Shown here in pieces: positions 52,801 through 64,000 of a stretch of 64,000 nucleotides of DNA. The stretch lies in assembly GCA_028534125.1 (NCBI GenBank), contig CM052832.1, positions 21,826,001 to 21,890,000 on the forward strand. Reading direction: 5' to 3'. A program made the position numbers and the translations under genes. Each line of letters opens with the position of its first letter. The stretch's first letter is position 1. Below the pieces are notes generated by a model that did no database searches, had not been told where the DNA came from, and saw only the letters and a program-made list of their open reading frames with translations. This DNA comes from Lama glama (lineage: Eukaryota).

Positions 52801-55800
52801 AAGATAGCTTTTGTTTTCCCTTAGAAGATACTTGACTAGGTAGAATGAAGGGGTAAAGAGTGAAACAGAAGATTTAAGTCAATTCAGGAAGCATCTGAGT
52901 GTCCCTGCCACGTGCTGGGTACACTGAAGCAGGTGAAATCTCACCGTCTTCAGGGAGAGAAATACCAGCCAAATGAAAAGTACAATACCCTCGAAGAGGA
53001 CGATGTAGCTGTGGTGAATGCAGGATGTGTCAAAGAAGTAAAGTTAGAAGACGTACGTTGGGCTGGAAGTTCAGGGAAGACTTCAAGAGGGAAGTGCTGC
53101 CACATCCGGATAATGAGAGAGAAATGGTACCCAGTCAGAGAAGGAATGGACGATCAGGGACATGCAGTAGATATGGTACAGCCACAACCAGAGTTTCTGG
53201 AGGGAGATGGCCCACGATGTCACTGGCAAGGAGGCAGGACCTGTACTGCCACGTGGGCCTCACCAGGCCCTCCCACACACCCATCACTCCTGGCTCCTGC
53301 AGTGAATGAAAAAGGGCAGGAGGCCTAGAATCCAGAGAGCTGCTTCGCTGCTGCTGTGACCTCGCAAGTTCCCGCCAGCACCCTCTACTGACAGAGCCAC
53401 CCCCGCTGCTGCTGACAAAGGAGAACTCTGACCAGTTCCACTTCCAGCCCCAGAAAGCAAAGCGAAGAAGGCAGGACTGGGGGCTGCCAGAGGCTAAATC
53501 GGTACCTGGCCCAGGTATTTACTTTATCAAATAAAGACAAGACTCTGCCTTACTTATTTTTTGTTGATGTTGTTATTGTTGTTGTTTGTCCTTGACCCCT
53601 AACAAAATACCTGGCATCAAGGAGAAGTCAATAAATTTGAAAAGCATAGCAAAATGGAAAGAACACAGAATTGAGACCCAGACACATACTGGTACATGCC
53701 TGCCCAGCCACAGGCTGCAGACCACACAACGAAGTAGCAGGAAAGGAATGGAATTCCTAGAGGTCGGCACGCACAACACTGTTGCTGCCTGGAAACATTT
53801 TTGATCCCAGACCACGCGTAAGAGTTATCCTAACAACTTTCTAGAATGTTCTTTATAGGGATTCATCTACACAGAGAGGTCATCTTTCAAAGGAACTATA
53901 CACGCACTCCAGACAGCACTGAACAACTAAGGGAAAGCAGGGCCAACAGGAGAGGCTTGAGCTGAAGATCCCCAGCTCATGTGATGCAACAAACCAAACT
54001 GAAACCGGGTATCCTTCCCAACCCGTTAATCTCATTCCTCACAAAATACTGATTGCTCATTTCAGATATTAAAACCTTTAGTATCACTGGTATCACAAAC
54101 TTATTTTCTCTTCTTAAAATCACACCCTGAAGTCAGAAAACTTAGATGATCAAGCAAGATACCTCTTTGGGAGCTAGCAAACAAGAAACACAGGTTTAAA
54201 TTTTGCCCTATTATTTACAGCCTCAGCCCTCCGAACAGAATCGTCGTCATTAAATTCTGTTTTTCCCTGTGTTTTGAAGGCTCAAGATTTGACACAGAAG
54301 TGTCCTGTCAGGCCAGGTTTCTACAGAAAGCTACACGTAGAAAGTAAAGATTTTCCTTCAGAGCAAAGAGAATCACAGATGTAGACAGTGACAGACAACA
54401 CTCAGTCTTAATCAAGTCTTGCTTATTGAAAGAACAATTCCAGACAAGTGACAACTTGTCTAGTTTTAATCATCTTAAAAAAAAAAAAAGACTAGTCCTA
54501 GAATTGTAGCAGTTTGAGTAATGAATGTAAAAAGCAGATATTGCTAACGGCACTTTACTGTCAGGAAATTCATCCTCAGTTTTTCTTAATTTGATACATA
54601 ATTATAAGAAAACTAACTTCAAATATAATGTCATATCTTTAAAAACCAACACACAGTAGACTACAATCATTACAATATAAAACATGTTTTTAAAAAGTCA
54701 ACATAATTGATAATGACATTATATTCTAAGATGTTCTTCCAATAAATTTCAAAAGCAACATCCATTCCTCTCTCAGTAACTAAACAACTTAATTACAGCA
54801 GAACCTCCCTATAAAGCCATTCAACACAGAACAGAACTAGATTTCAAGCTCTCCTCTAAAGAGGTTTATTTATAACTGAGGACAGGGCCTATGTCCCCAG
54901 TACAGTGGCCAACATATACGAGATAAGTAATGGTGATGATGGTATTTGTTGAAGAAATGACCAGATGGTAGTCTAACCTACAAGGTGGCCCAGGCCGTGG
55001 ATAACAATGCCAGTCACTTTATCTCATATTAACCCTTTGTCAGCTAGTTCCAAACAGAACAAAACACACCAATATATAATCTCCATTCCTCGTAATCATC
55101 TAGGTCTTGGCCTGAAGAAGGCTGGAATCAGAATGGTAGCTGTAGAAACGGCAAGGAATATAATATACAAAGATTTTATATACAGACACTAACAAACAAC
55201 AACTCCAAGGAGAGATTAAACCTAGCAGACATCAACTCATAAATAAAACTTTCACAGAAACATAAATAAACAAACAGGCCTGTGGAATAAAATAAGAAGC
55301 CCAAATTAGACCTATATAAATTTGGAAATTTAATATACGATAAAAGTGGCATCTCAAAACAGTGGGGTAGAGAAAATATTTTCAGTAAAGAGTCCTAGGA
55401 CAGTTAAGTAGCTACTCAGACAAATTAAGTATCTTAATTCAATTAACTAGCTCATATCATACATTAGCATAAACTCCACACAAATCAGGGAAAAAAATCC
55501 TTTTTCTTTCTTTAAAAAAACATACGAGTATTAGAAGAAAACACGAGTGAATGTCTCCTTAGCCTTAGTGTACAGAAAGGCTTTAACTTAACTATGACTC
55601 AAAATTCAGGAGAAACAGGGGAAAAAAACCTCATAAATTTAACAACAAAAGTATTTTACATGTCAGGAAACACCATAAGCAAAGTCATAAGATAACTGAA
55701 AAACTAGGAGAAGGTGTTTATGACATATATCACAGACAATTATCTGCAACACTCCAAAAACTCATAAAAATTGAGACAATGGATAAAAAAACTTAGAAAA

Positions 55801-56555
55801 AGACATGAATGAATGAGAAAAAAGACATGGCCAAGCATATAAGATGCTCTAACTCACTGACAAGCAGAGAAATGAAAACTAAAACGCTGAGGCCCTCCCC
55901 TCCCCTAGAGTGGTGCAATTCTAGTGGATGATAACAGCAACATTCTGTTTGAGGGGCTATGGGGAAACACGCGATTTTCATACACTGCTAGTAAGAACAC
56001 AAATCATTACAACCATTCTGGAGTATTTTGTTAATATCTATGGAAACACTTACCCTACAACCTAGCAACCTCCACTCTGGAAATTCACCCTCAAGACACA
56101 CCTCCAATAATTCAAAAATATATGTACTAAAGTTTACTCCTTACAGCACTATTTGGAACCACAAAATATTGGAGACAACGTATATGCCCACATGCACAAA
56201 AAAGTAGTTGAATAAACCATGATATAGCCATTCAGTGAAGTACTATTCCGTTGTAAGAGAGAGAGGACAATCTCCATCAATTGATGCAGTTTCCAGAATA
56301 CGTCACAGAAAAGCACAGAATAAAAGAATGTTAGAATATGCTATTACTTAAGTGGAAACTTGAGGGAGACTTTTAAAAATGTACATGAATTCTGCATACA
56401 GAATTCTGTATATTTATTCTGTGGATTACAGGATTATGGACCCAGAGAATAAATAACCACGACCCTATACTTATATAAATAAATGATTAAATAATAGATG
56501 GAGAAAAAAACAATTCTTCCTTATAGCTAAATTACAATTAATAAATGTAAAAGGA

Positions 56556-56745
56556 GGGAGAGGGTATAGCTCAAGTGGTAGAGCACATGTTCAGCATGCA
56601 TGAGGTCCTGAGTTCAATCCCCAGTACCTCCTCTAAATATAAAGAAATAAATAAACGTAATTACCTAACCCCTACAAAAAAAAAACCCTAAATAAATATC
56701 ACTCTTCAAAAAATAGAAAAAAAAATTAAAACAAATTTTTAAATA
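56556..56745 (+). mobile_element. tRNA-derived camelid-type SINE with long A-rich tail
   Basis: gggagagggtatagctcaagtggtagagc (A box)...gagttcaatccccagtacctcc (B box); TSD aataaatgtaaa(a/t)gg at 56540-56554 and 56746-56760. Confidence 0.93.
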
Positions 56746-57012
56746 AATAAATGTAAATGGTATGATAGAAACAGAAAAATCACAACCTGACTTGTGCTAT
56801 GTGTACAAAAGAGGAGGAATAAACCAGAAGCCAATGGAGACAGGTGGGATGAGAATGGTAAGACAAGGAATGGGCAGGAGACACAGGATGAGCTGTCAGT
56901 GACACAGCTCTCAGTATTCAGTCCAGTTCTGAGAATCACGCTAATGTTTCACGTACTCAAAAAAATTTTCTTTTAACCAGACAGGAAGTGAGCAGAATCC
57001 ATAATGAAACGC

Positions 57013-57052
57013 TAATGGTAACAAATTATCATTAATGGTAACAAATTACCAA
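57013..57052. repeat. 20-bp tandem duplication
   Basis: taatggtaacaaattatcat / taatggtaacaaattaccaa. Confidence 0.85.
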
Positions 57053-58939
57053 CTGAATTACAAATTAATAACATAACCACAGTGAATGGGACAGCAAAAG
57101 TAAGAACTAACCTAAGTAACTTTGAACTACATAATGTAAGATTAAAGACAAAAAGAATTTAAGACAAACATTATATTCTAGTTACTAAAATGTCTTTTTC
57201 ACATGAAGATAGGTAATTCTGAAACTACTCTATACGTTTAGTAGGACTAAATAAGTAGCAAACACATTGTAAAAAATGAGAGCTGTGTTTCTCACTGTTA
57301 TAGAACGGATTATGTACAAGAAAAGGAGGAAGGCTAGAAAGAAATTCTATGCAGCTGAAATAGAATCAAAGGGCAGAGTGTGACCTTATGCTTTTTAATA
57401 CATATACAGATAAATAGATATAGATGTTTGCAAACATACATTTCCTAGCTCTGTCCACCAACAATACCTAGATGCAATGACATTCCAGTAGCAAGGAGCG
57501 TACCTAGTGCTCAGATCAGGTTTCTTTATACCATTCACCAATGACCAGAACCAGAGCTCCTTGGAGAAGTGGCTCATTCCAGGAAGAAAGCAAGGAAAGT
57601 GTAAGATGAGCCCGGACTCTTGTGGCACCAGGAAGAAAGGAGCCAACTTAAAGGAGTCCTACGGGCTAAATCCAGGACAATTTGAGTAATAAAATAATGA
57701 CAGTAAAGGATTATGTCCAAGGTTAAAATAAGTAACCTTGACTCTCTTAATGACATTATTACAAAGATAGAAGAGAGAAGAGTCAGCTCTTCCTCACATT
57801 AAGATTTCAGTTAATCAGTGTAGATGGTATGATGGAAACAGAAAAACCATCATTTGATAAATATCATAGAATTAATTGCTATAGGCAAAAACAATCAATG
57901 GACGATAAATTAAGTGAAAGCATGACAAGAAAGTGTATGCACAATAGCAAAGTATCACATAGCCACTGCAAAGGGGAAGACAGTAACTTTACAGCGGAGA
58001 AAGACAAAAGCCACCACCTTAAGTAAATAAATTTAACACCTAGTTACTGTATGTTAAAGTTAACTAAGAAGAGATATAACAATATCCTGAATCTCCTTGG
58101 TATGACACACTAAGAAGGATACGTACCTATCACTCCCTGTATTCTTGATAATGCATTCACATCTGAATCTGATCGTGAGGAAATATCAGAAAAGCTCAAA
58201 TTAAGCAATATTTCTTTACATAATCACCAATAGTCTTCAAAAGTGTCAATGTCATAAAAGACAAAGACAGACTGAGGAAATGTCCTAGATTGAAAGAGAC
58301 GGAGACGTGTGAGATGTGACAACTAAATGCAACATAGGATCCTAAATTGAATCCTGAACCAGAAAAAGAGGCAAAATTTGAATAAGGTCTGTATAGTAGT
58401 TCAGAGTACTGTATCAATATTAACTTCCTGGTTTGATAATTGCATTATGGTAATGTAAGACATTTAAACATTAGAGGAAGCTGGGTGAAAGGTCTACGGT
58501 AAGTCTTTGCACTGTTCTTTCAACTTTTCAGTATGGTATCATTTCAAGATGGAAGGTAAAACAAAAATCTTTAACACTCTACATAAAGTTCCAGTCAAAA
58601 CACGTTTATAAACAATATTTATAATAGTCATTATGTAAAATATATTAATATTATATATTTATATAACTTATAAATATATTTATAATAGAAAAACCTAAAT
58701 GTCCATCAATAGATGAGTAAATAATATTTCATGTATATAAAATAGAATATTTATGAATCCATAAATAAATAAGAGCACAAAGAAGTATTCTAAGAATCTA
58801 TAAATGTAAGAATGAAGGAAGCCTTACATATACCTGTAGGGAATTATTCCAGGGTACACAGTTGAAGGAAGAAGGGAAAGAGGGACAAGTAAGGAACAGA
58901 AGAGTAAGATTTGTTATTTATAACAGCAAGAAGTGTTAC

Positions 58940-59520
58940 AATGATGCAATAAATGACTTTACTTCCCTATCCTTGCAGACAAATGTTTTTATATCTGCAG
59001 GAGGTCATAAAACACAGAACTGCTAAGTCAAGGGGCATATATCCTTTCAATTTTTATACCTATCAAAAAATTACTTTCTTAGAAGACAGTAATAATTCAA
59101 ACTTCCACCAGCAATTTATCAGAGTAAACATTTCCCCCAAATCTTAGGAGCACCGGATCTACTGAAAAATGCAATCTGAGTTATCCATCAAGAAACAGTA
59201 TCTTATTTTAACTTCTATTTTTCTGACCACTTACTGGTAAGGATGAAAATCTTTTCATTGTTTATTTGCCATTTGCATTTCTTCTTGCATTAACTGCCTT
59301 CCCTTTGAAGATTTTTCTATTAAGCTGTCTCATTTAAGGAGCTCTTTGAAATTATTCATATATATTCATTAATATTTATATATACATCATATATATATAC
59401 ACATGTATATTAATTATATGTATCTTTTTAAACCACTATAGATTTTTAAAATCTTGTTTTGGGTGTTTCAGGCCATACAGAAATTATAATCATTAGGGGT
59501 TAAATCTATAAAATCTTTTC
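58940..59520 (-). mobile_element. Old L1ME-like ORF2 fragment
   Basis: agaactgctaagtcaaggggcata...ttccaccagcaa...tgtttatttgccatttgcatttcttct. Confidence 0.75.
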
Positions 59521-60191
59521 AGTCGTGATACTGATTGGAGAATGCAAATGCCATTGAGTGAGCAGGAGTCAGAGGTGCTGGATGTTTTCTAATGCACGTC
59601 TGTCCTGTAGAAAGAATTCCACAGGTGCTGCATGAGTTCTCAATGTCCCACTGAACATTCAAGGACGTGAAAAAACATACTATTTGGCCCCAGAATCTAA
59701 CTCTATCTTACACATAATCACGACAGACTTCTCAGACACTGTAAGGTATTCACCTTTCGTGAAAATGGAAGGAAAAGCATATTTCCTTTCATTAAGAACT
59801 TTACCAAGGGTTGTCATTCATCCCAGAAAGGCACATCCCTAGCGCAATGTCATTCTCGGTATTTAAGCTATTAAGGCTACACACACATCAGACAGAACTC
59901 ATCACTCTCACATTCAGTGTAATTCTGCATACAGGAAATTTCATTTGGTCTTCCAGCATATTAGTACCTGAGCATTTATATTTTGAAAAATATATTACAG
60001 CATCAATGTTTCCATTTATTTCCTCCTATATCAATTATATTCAGAGCATTGTGTTATTTGTAATTATGTGTGTAGTAATGAATTTTATTTCACCAATTTT
60101 AATCATGAATCAGATGAATTAATAAAGGGTACATTGCAAAACACTTGTTATACAAAAGGATCACTGGGTCTGCTAACATTCAGAAACACTG
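59521..60191 (+). mobile_element. MER20B-like hAT-Charlie element
   Basis: aatgtcccactgaacattca...agaatctaactc...gaactttaccaagggttgt...gagcatttatattttgaaa...gggtctg...agaaacactg. Confidence 0.8.
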
Positions 60192-60502
60192 CCCTAAGCC
60201 TACAGAAGACAAGACTCCCAGATTCTAGATCTTTGACTCTCCTCTCCATCCCCACTAGGACTATTGATAAGGGCCCTCCTCTAACCCCACCTGCACAGTG
60301 CACCTTCTTCGCAAGACCCCAGGTCTCCACTGCATCTGTGCTCTCACTAACACAGAGTTCCAAGGCTCAAACTGTGGCCCGTGGTTATTCAGGCAGTGGG
60401 ACAACGAGCGGATCAGAAATATATACTCAAGGAACCATACAGCCAGGATTTGCTCAGTGGAATATCCATGGGTTCCATTTTCATATATTTTGTAATTACC
60501 AT

Positions 60503-60590
60503 ATTTTAAAAATGGAGGTACTGGGGATTGACCCCAGGACCTTGTGCATGCTAAGCACATGCTCTCCCACTGAGCTATACTTCCACCACC
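60503..60590 (-). mobile_element. tRNA-derived camelid-type SINE (short form)
   Basis: ggaggtactggggattgaccccaggaccttgtgcatgctaagcacatgctctcccactgagctatac is the reverse complement of the SINE head at 56556; flanks aat(t/a)accat resemble a TSD. Confidence 0.92.
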
Positions 60591-61886
60591 TAAAAATAAC
60601 CATTTTTAAATGACACCAAAACCTTTGTTATTTATTAAAAGAGTAAAAACATCAAAACAGCAAATTAATCAATGTTTCAACTATGGATGACAAAAAAACA
60701 AAAAAGTTGTCTCAAAACATTTTCTCATTTAAAGAAAAACAAGCCTTTCCCTGCAGTAACTATCAAACTATTGACAGGCATTTAAGGAAAGCACCGAATT
60801 AAACTTTTTAGTTTTGCTATAAACTTGCTTATCTGATCTCTCTTAGAGCAGAGAAGAAATTTATGAGCTAGAAAGTGCATCACTGGCTGGCACAAAGGAT
60901 GAGCTGTTGTTTTCTAAAATATACTGTAAAAGAGATTCTTGATATACACCTTAATTTTTTTCCCAAAATATTTTGTATCATGTGATTCTGTCAGTTTCTT
61001 TCTTAATCCGTCTACATTGAGAAGAGCAGACCCATTCATATTCACACACACTCACTCACCAAATGAAGAACATCACTAATGAATGGGCATTAGAACATAA
61101 ATATATCTGGGCAGTTTGTATCAGTGGCTCAGCAGAGCATCTCTGTAGGGACACAAAAAGACACTGATGCAAAAACTTTCAGGTCACATTCTAGGATGAG
61201 AACTGGATACTCTTAACTTTCCTCTAATAACATCCAGTGGTGCTAAGCTACAGAAGATCTAAAGCAAGTTCTACAGGACTTCTCCCTTTGGTTAGCTTTT
61301 CACTGGTTACATCTAATCCTCCATTTTTTTTTTCAACATAACTGTAGAATACCAACTTTCCATCTGAGTAAAAAGAAGCATTGTTCTCAGCTGAAATAAA
61401 CTTTTTAGAATTATATAAAATACTGTTTTCTAACAATTATAGAATGAATTTAAGTCTCAACCTGTCTTGCAATTGGTTAAGACCTTCTGTGATAATTTTA
61501 AACTCTGCTTTCATTTTCTGGCTAAACTCTTAGAAAATTTCTAGTTTCTAAACCAGGTTTATAATTATTATTATCATAGAACTGGGTATCTGAAACAATG
61601 AGATACAGATTCCATTTCAAATATGGTCACTGCAGATCCTAAGAGTGGAAAGTATATGAAAATCCCAATTATTCTTTTTTATTATTATTTGTGCAATATC
61701 TAAGCCATGAGCTTCTCGAGTGTATTTTGTTATCGTCATTAGTTCATTAGAGACAGCTCTGTGTAATCAAAAAGAAGAAAAGTTCTCAAATGTCAACTAC
61801 ATTGTTTCTTAAACATTCTGAATAAAGTAAACAGGAGAAAGCAGGGCCATCTGTTCACAAATATGTTGAGAATCTCATCCAATAAC

Positions 61887-62426
61887 TGTAGTCCTGATAA
61901 ATGAGAAAGGTAAATAAAATACATATCCTGCCCCCAAGACTGTGCCCTGTAGCAGAGACATCAAGTCAGACCCAGTGAGCATTCTCCCCTTCTTCAGTAT
62001 TAACAGAACCCCTAGTCTGTTGGGAGCAACAACGTGACCAGTCTGAAATAAATGAAAATATATCACATTTCCTCGCCTCCCTTACAAATAGACGTAGTCA
62101 TATGATATGGCTCCAGCCAATGAGATGCAAACACAGCATTTTGTGTGGGACTTCCTATAAAGTTCCTTTAAAGGAGGGACAAACTCAGCTGGCCTGGTCC
62201 CTTTTTGTGAGGTAGGTATGAAGGCTGAGGAGTAGCAATCATTTTACATCATAATGCAAAAATCAATAAAACTTCAGAGACTCAGCCCTCACATCCTTGA
62301 CTTGGTAAACTAAAGACAGTAAACTTCCCAACTACAGACTTTGCATTACACAAAGAAAAATGAATCCCCTATCTTATTTAAGGGCTTTCTATGACATGCA
62401 GCTGAACTTCATTTCTAAGTGATGCA
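61887..62426 (+). mobile_element. Old MaLR LTR (MLT1J/K/L-like)
   Basis: catttcctcgcctcccttacaaatag...agccaatgagatgcaa...ttctatgacatgcagctgaac...aagtgatgca. Confidence 0.75.
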
Positions 62427-62694
62427 ATCTAATAAAAAAGAGAGATACAGAAAAAGTGCTAAGAAAAGTGACAGAGGAGGACACTTGTTCTGAAAGAGGA
62501 AGGGGGTGGAAGGGCTCAGGAGAGTCAACATACAGAGAAAGCTAACACGTGAGCTGGCTCACTCATTTGTTCAACTCTTACTGTCAACCACTGTGTTAGG
62601 TGCTGGGGTACAGATAAAAGACATAGTGGCTATCCCCAAGGAACTGTGAAATGGCTTACAGACAAAAACATTATTAAAATATATGGTTATCTGT

Positions 62695-62790
62695 ATGGGC
62701 AGCCACACACAGCTGTGCCAGACTGTGGCTACAAGGACTGGCATCCTTTTCTAACACCCACAAAGGTACCATCCACTCATCAGAGCTTGT
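62695..62790 (+). mobile_element. MER91-like hAT-Tip100 fragment
   Basis: acacagctgtgccagactgtg...ccttttctaacacccacaaaggtacc. Confidence 0.5.
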
Positions 62791-62807
62791 ACTTAAAGAT
62801 GCCTTAA

Positions 62808-63200
62808 GGCCATTTTGATAATGTTGATTCTTTCAATCCAAGAGCACAAGGTCTCTTTCCATTTCTTTGTATCATCTTTAATTTCCTTCAATGTTTTACA
62901 GTTTTTAAGAGTATAAGTAACCTCCATGGTTAAGTTTATCTCTAGGTATTTTGTTTTTGATGCAATGGAAATGTTTATGTCAGTTATAAAATTCTGGTTT
63001 TTGAAGTGAAAAAAACAGTGAATGAAGGGCTGCAAATGGCAAACCATCCTTTCTTACGTGTGAGTTGTACTCCATTACATATATACGCTGCATCTTTATC
63101 CATTCATCTATTGATGTGCACACAGGATGCTTCCATATCTTGGCAATTATAGAGAATGTTGCTGTTAAATAGTGGGGTGTATGTATCTTTTTAAATTAAT
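62808..63200 (-). mobile_element. L1 ORF2 fragments (two pieces)
   Basis: Minus-strand translation KYLEINLT.EV...KEIKDDTKKWKETLCSWIERINIIKMA is L1 ORF2; the second piece is tttatccattcatctattgatg...ttccatatcttggc. Confidence 0.88.
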
Positions 63201-64000
63201 TCTTATTTTGTGGTTGGCTTTATTCTTTTGATAACTATGTAAGTTTAAAAAGCTAAAGTTCTAAACGTTCTTAGAAGCAATGAATAGTACATATATATAA
63301 ATTTTTTTAAATACGTGCAGTATATTGTGTATATGTATTTATATGCAATATATTATATATATGCAGTCAAACTGTAACAATTCTGCATAATAAAAATGAA
63401 AAATGAAAAAAAAAAAGGTGCCTTAAGGACTGGCCTCAGCCCTTGAGGTATAAAAGCAGTAAGAGAGGTAACCATAGGGTACTTTGAGTAGAATCTGCAT
63501 CCACAGGTAAGACTACTAACTGAAGGCAGAGTTACACTTGACCTTGGATTCTTTTTATCCTTCACTGCCACCCCTATCCAGTTTCCCATGATCACAGACA
63601 ACCATGCCTTCATGTAGTGTAAAATCAAAGTCACTATTTTAGCATGGCCCAGAGGACACCTAATCCTAATTCTAACCATAAGAAAGAAACAGAAACAGTT
63701 AATGTTTAATATTTTAGTATCGTGTCCTGGGGGTTTAAAGGTCATACTTCTTTATTTCATTAATTCTCAGTTAATAAACAACCCTGCTGAGTGACCAAAA
63801 ATTAAGATTATGTTTTTCACACTTAAGAGCATAAGGGGAGAAAAAAAATACAAGTGTCTTTTTTTTTTTTTTTTGTCTGCTGTTGTATAAACACACACAC
63901 CAAGAATAAGTAGAATGTCTTTCAAACCAAAACAATAGGAAATCACTCTTGGCTGAAAGCACAGGCTTAGATCATGTTGATTTCTTCTTTAATCCTGCTA

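Larger units (their letters stand above)
55230..58800 (+). mobile_element. Nested old L1M fragments (L1ME/L1MC/L1MD-like ORF2 end and 3' UTRs)
   Basis: tggaaatttaatatacgataaaagtggcatctcaaa (ORF2); accagagctccttggagaagtggctcattccagg and gtgtcaatgtcataaaagacaaagacagactgaggaa (3' UTRs). Confidence 0.8.
10993..64000 (-). other. CDKAL1: Intron upstream of the exon (human intron 5 equivalent), partial
   Basis: Begins at the exon acceptor. I did not see the preceding exon (…NSCTVKNPAEDHFRNSI) in the sequence or ORF track; the human intron is known to be very long. Confidence 0.85.

Noticed and set aside
56396..56411. Perfect 16-bp palindrome atacagaattctgtat
   Set aside because: About one such palindrome is expected by chance in 64 kb, and it lies within L1-derived sequence.
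56556..56632. Apparent tRNA gene (also 60513-60585)
   Set aside because: A and B boxes are present, but the A-rich tail, TSD and second dispersed copy identify a tRNA-derived SINE.
58826..58850. Possible recursive splice site (minus strand ccctacag|gtatat)
   Set aside because: Weak donor and short pyrimidine tract at an L1 junction; indistinguishable from background.
60068..60613. 181-aa ORF
   Set aside because: Spans a MER20B end and an antisense SINE; not a coherent protein.
1..64000. A novel multi-gene system, retrogene or nested ncRNA gene
   Set aside because: I recognised no second protein-coding gene, processed pseudogene, snoRNA or miRNA. An Rfam/Infernal scan and BLASTX would be needed to exclude small or diverged ones.

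Overview
This is mammalian genomic DNA, very probably camelid (alpaca/llama/camel), judged from the young L1 3' ends and the tRNA-derived SINEs. The whole window lies inside CDKAL1 on the minus strand. I can support only one coding exon: 10896-10992 (97 nt, [32 protein letters not shown]), equivalent to human exon 6. Positions 10993-64000 are the 3' part of the long upstream intron (human intron 5, the type 2 diabetes GWAS intron) and 1-10895 are the start of the next intron. The rest is ordinary intronic sequence: ancient L2, MIR, L1M, MaLR, MER34, hAT and Tigger repeats, several lineage-specific 5'-truncated L1s, two SINEs, microsatellites and one 100-N gap. I found no evidence of a novel multi-gene system. 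The ORF track outside the exon and the L1 ORF2 remnants looks like noise. The best leads are repeat-free motif clusters that may be enhancers (PBX-HOX plus PBX-MEIS/PREP plus CCAAT near 23.7 kb) and an atypical L1 insertion lacking its 3' end and poly(A) at 46.5 kb. Repeat family names come from recalled consensus sequences, not a database search, and boundaries of old repeats are approximate.
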